This document shows positions 61,866 through 64,000 of a stretch of 64,000 bases of DNA, piece by piece. The position numbers were made by a program, and so were the translations under genes. This DNA comes from Deinococcota bacterium. GTDB lineage: Bacteria; Deinococcota; Deinococci; Deinococcales; Thermaceae. The notes below the pieces were generated by a model. That model did not search any database. It was not told where the DNA came from and saw only the letters and a program-made list of their open reading frames with translations. Each line of letters begins with the position of its first letter. The stretch's first letter is position 1. Location: positions 1 through 64,000 of the forward strand of contig JBGFRI010000046.1 in NCBI GenBank assembly GCA_041695225.1. The letters are read 5' to 3'.

Positions 61866-61941
61866 TACCAAGGCACCACCTACCTGCCCTACCAAGGCAC
61901 CACCTACCTACTTCCCTTACCAAGGGGGGTTGGGGGGATTT
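61866..61941. repeat. Tandem TACCAAGGCACCACCTACCT x2 ending in a CCCTT..AAGGGG palindrome
   Basis: Direct repeats at about 61866 and 61890, between convergent genes. Confidence 0.65.
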
Positions 61942-61956
61942 AGGGCAGGTGTGTAT

Positions 61957-63510
61957 TTATGCCAGCGGCGGTGTTACTCCTTTTGCGCCGAAATCTTCGG
62001 GGAAGTGATTGAGAGCGCTTAGCACCGGGTAAGGCGTCATGCCCCCCAGGGCGCACAAGGAGGTGTGCAGCATGGTGTTGCACAGATCCCTTAGCAATTC
62101 CAGATTCTTTTCCCGGCCCTGGTTGTTGATGATGCGGTCAATTACCTCTACTCCCCGCACCGAGCCTATCCGGCAGGGGGTACACTTGCCGCAGGACTCG
62201 ATAGCGCAGAACTCCATGGCGTAGCGAGCCTGCCGGGCAAGGTTGACGTTGTCGTCGAAGGCCACCACGCCGCCGTGGCCCAGCACTGCCCAGATGGCGC
62301 TGAAAGCCTCGTAGTCTAGTGGGGTATCGAACTGCGATTCGGGCAGATAAGCGCCCAAGGGACCCCCAACCTGGACGGCCCGGATCGGACGCCCGCTGGC
62401 AGAACCGCCGCCGTAGTCATATAGCAGCTCGCGCAGGGTCAGGCCGAAAGCTTTTTCCACCAGGCCAGGGCGCCTGATATTGCCGGCGAGCTGGAGCGGC
62501 AGGGTGCCACGCGAGCGGCCCATGCCAAAGTTGGCATAGTAGTTGCCGCCTTGGTCTAAGATGATTGGCACCGAGGCCAGGGTGATCACGTTGTTGACCA
62601 CGGTGGGCTGGCCAAACAGGCCCTGGGTGGCGGGCAGCGGTGGTCTGAAGCGCACCATGCCCCGCTTGCCCTCGAGGCTCTCCAGCATGGCGGTCTCCTC
62701 GCCGCAGATATAGGAACCCGCACCCAGGCGCACTTCTAAGTGAAAGCGCTTGCCGCTGCCCAGGATGTCGTCGCCCAGATAACCGGCCTTTTGGGCTGCG
62801 GCTATAGCCTGGTTCAGTGCGGCTTCGGAGTGAGGGTACTCGACCCGCAGGTAGATGTAGCCCTGGGTGGCTCCCACGGCCAGAGCGGCAATGGTCATGC
62901 CCTCGATCAGGACGAAGGGGTCGCCCTCCATAATCATCCGGTCGGAGAAGGTGCCGGAGTCGCCCTCGTCGGCGTTGCAGACAATGTACTTCTCAGAAGC
63001 TGGGGTGTTTAGCACCGTCTTCCACTTGATGCCGGTAGGAAAAGCCCCACCACCACGGCCCCGCAGGCCGGACAGGGTCACTTCCTCCACGATGGCCTCA
63101 GGCGAGATCTCTAAGGCATTGCGCAGCCCCCGGTAGCCCTGGTGGGCCAGATAATCCTCCAGGCTAACCGGGTCGGTAAGGCCCACCCGGGCAAAGGTCA
63201 AGCGTTCTTGGTTTTTGAGATAGGGGATCTCTTCGGTCGGGCCCAGATACCGGGGGTGCGCCTTACCTTCGAGGAAGCCCGCCTCGAACAGGCTGGCCAC
63301 CTCACCTGGCTGCACCGGCCCGTATGCCACCCTGCCGGCAGCAGTGCTCACCTCTAGCAGGGGCTCGAGCCAGTACAGGCCGCGCGAACCGTTGCGCACC
63401 AGGCTAATGGCGGCGCCGCGCCTGTCGGCCTCTTGCTGGATGGCCCGGGCCACCCGTTCGGCCCCCAGCGCCAGGGCGCTGGAGTCGCGGGGAAGGTAGA
63501 CCTTGGTCAT
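61957..63510 (-). CDS. fdsB: NAD-dependent formate dehydrogenase beta (NuoF-like diaphorase) subunit
   Basis: N-terminal VRNGSRGLYWLEP thioredoxin-like domain, GLRGRGG.AFP, NADEGD, CGEET, ESCGKCTPC..SLC. Confidence 0.93.
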   Translation of the reverse strand: MTKVYLPRDSSALALGAERVARAIQQEADRRGAAISLVRNGSRGLYWLEPLLEVSTAAGRVAYGPVQPGEVASLFEAGFLEGKAHPRYLGPTEEIPYLKNQERLTFARVGLTDPVSLEDYLAHQGYRGLRNALEISPEAIVEEVTLSGLRGRGGGAFPTGIKWKTVLNTPASEKYIVCNADEGDSGTFSDRMIMEGDPFVLIEGMTIAALAVGATQGYIYLRVEYPHSEAALNQAIAAAQKAGYLGDDILGSGKRFHLEVRLGAGSYICGEETAMLESLEGKRGMVRFRPPLPATQGLFGQPTVVNNVITLASVPIILDQGGNYYANFGMGRSRGTLPLQLAGNIRRPGLVEKAFGLTLRELLYDYGGGSASGRPIRAVQVGGPLGAYLPESQFDTPLDYEAFSAIWAVLGHGGVVAFDDNVNLARQARYAMEFCAIESCGKCTPCRIGSVRGVEVIDRIINNQGREKNLELLRDLCNTMLHTSLCALGGMTPYPVLSALNHFPEDFGAKGVTPPLA

Positions 63511-63986
63511 GCTACCGACCCCCTCAACTCGTCTAGCATGGCGTCGAAGCTCTGCGGCGTAACCCGGCCGTACACCTCGCGGCCAACCATTAGCGAGGGC
63601 GAGCAGGCGCAGTTCCCCAGGCAGTAGACCGGCTCCAGGCTAAAAACCCCGTCCGGGGTGGTCTGGTGGTAGTCAATGCCCAGCCGGGCCTTGACATGAG
63701 CCTCGAGGCCCTCGCAGCTCATGGCCTGGCAGGACTCGGCGCGGCAGAAGTAGATGGTGTGCAGGCCCGGCGGCTGGGTGCGGAAGTAATGGTAAAAGGT
63801 GATGACGCCGTGCACCTCTGCTCTAGATAAATTCAATGCCTTGGCAATTAATCCAACCGACTCTTTAGGAATGAGGCCGAGCTGCTCCTGGATGGCGTGA
63901 AGAATGGGCAGAAGCGCCCCCGGCATAGACTTCTTTGCTTCGATCACATCCCTCACTACATCCAGATCCAACGTGGTCTGTGTCAT
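63507..63986 (-). CDS. fdsG: NAD-dependent formate dehydrogenase gamma (NuoE-like 2Fe-2S) subunit
   Basis: LLPILH, CRAESC, CLGNC.CSP; overlaps the fdsB start. Confidence 0.93.
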   Translation of the reverse strand: MTQTTLDLDVVRDVIEAKKSMPGALLPILHAIQEQLGLIPKESVGLIAKALNLSRAEVHGVITFYHYFRTQPPGLHTIYFCRAESCQAMSCEGLEAHVKARLGIDYHQTTPDGVFSLEPVYCLGNCACSPSLMVGREVYGRVTPQSFDAMLDELRGSVA

Positions 63987-64000
63987 ACTCCCCTCCCGCG

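Overview
GC-rich bacterial chromosomal window. Gene content, leaderless -10 boxes and dense CTCGAG sites point to Deinococcota, most likely Meiothermus/Thermus-like (inference). Backbone genes include ftsH, dprA, a lysA-like decarboxylase, mqnB, a kynB-like cyclase, a plsY fusion, acyP, a giant tamB, a glycolipid/envelope cluster, hutIUH, three acyl-CoA synthetases, fdhD and fdsGB. The most striking element is an apparently imported block at about 17.4-26.1 kb: a five-subunit 2-oxoacid:ferredoxin oxidoreductase of the For/Por type known from reverse-TCA autotrophs, followed by a two-subunit korAB and a convergent SbtA bicarbonate transporter, with formate-oxidation genes further along. This is a candidate CO2-fixing or mixotrophy module in a lineage regarded mostly as heterotrophic. 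Other oddities: an IclR-acyl-CoA synthetase fusion, a PlsY-acyl-ACP-reductase-like fusion, a probable ATA start codon, a radical SAM gene inserted between duplicated glycosyltransferase 5' ends, several pseudogenes and at least four families of small intergenic repeats. No rRNA, tRNA, CRISPR array or intact transposase was recognised. All family calls come from motif recognition; no searches were run.
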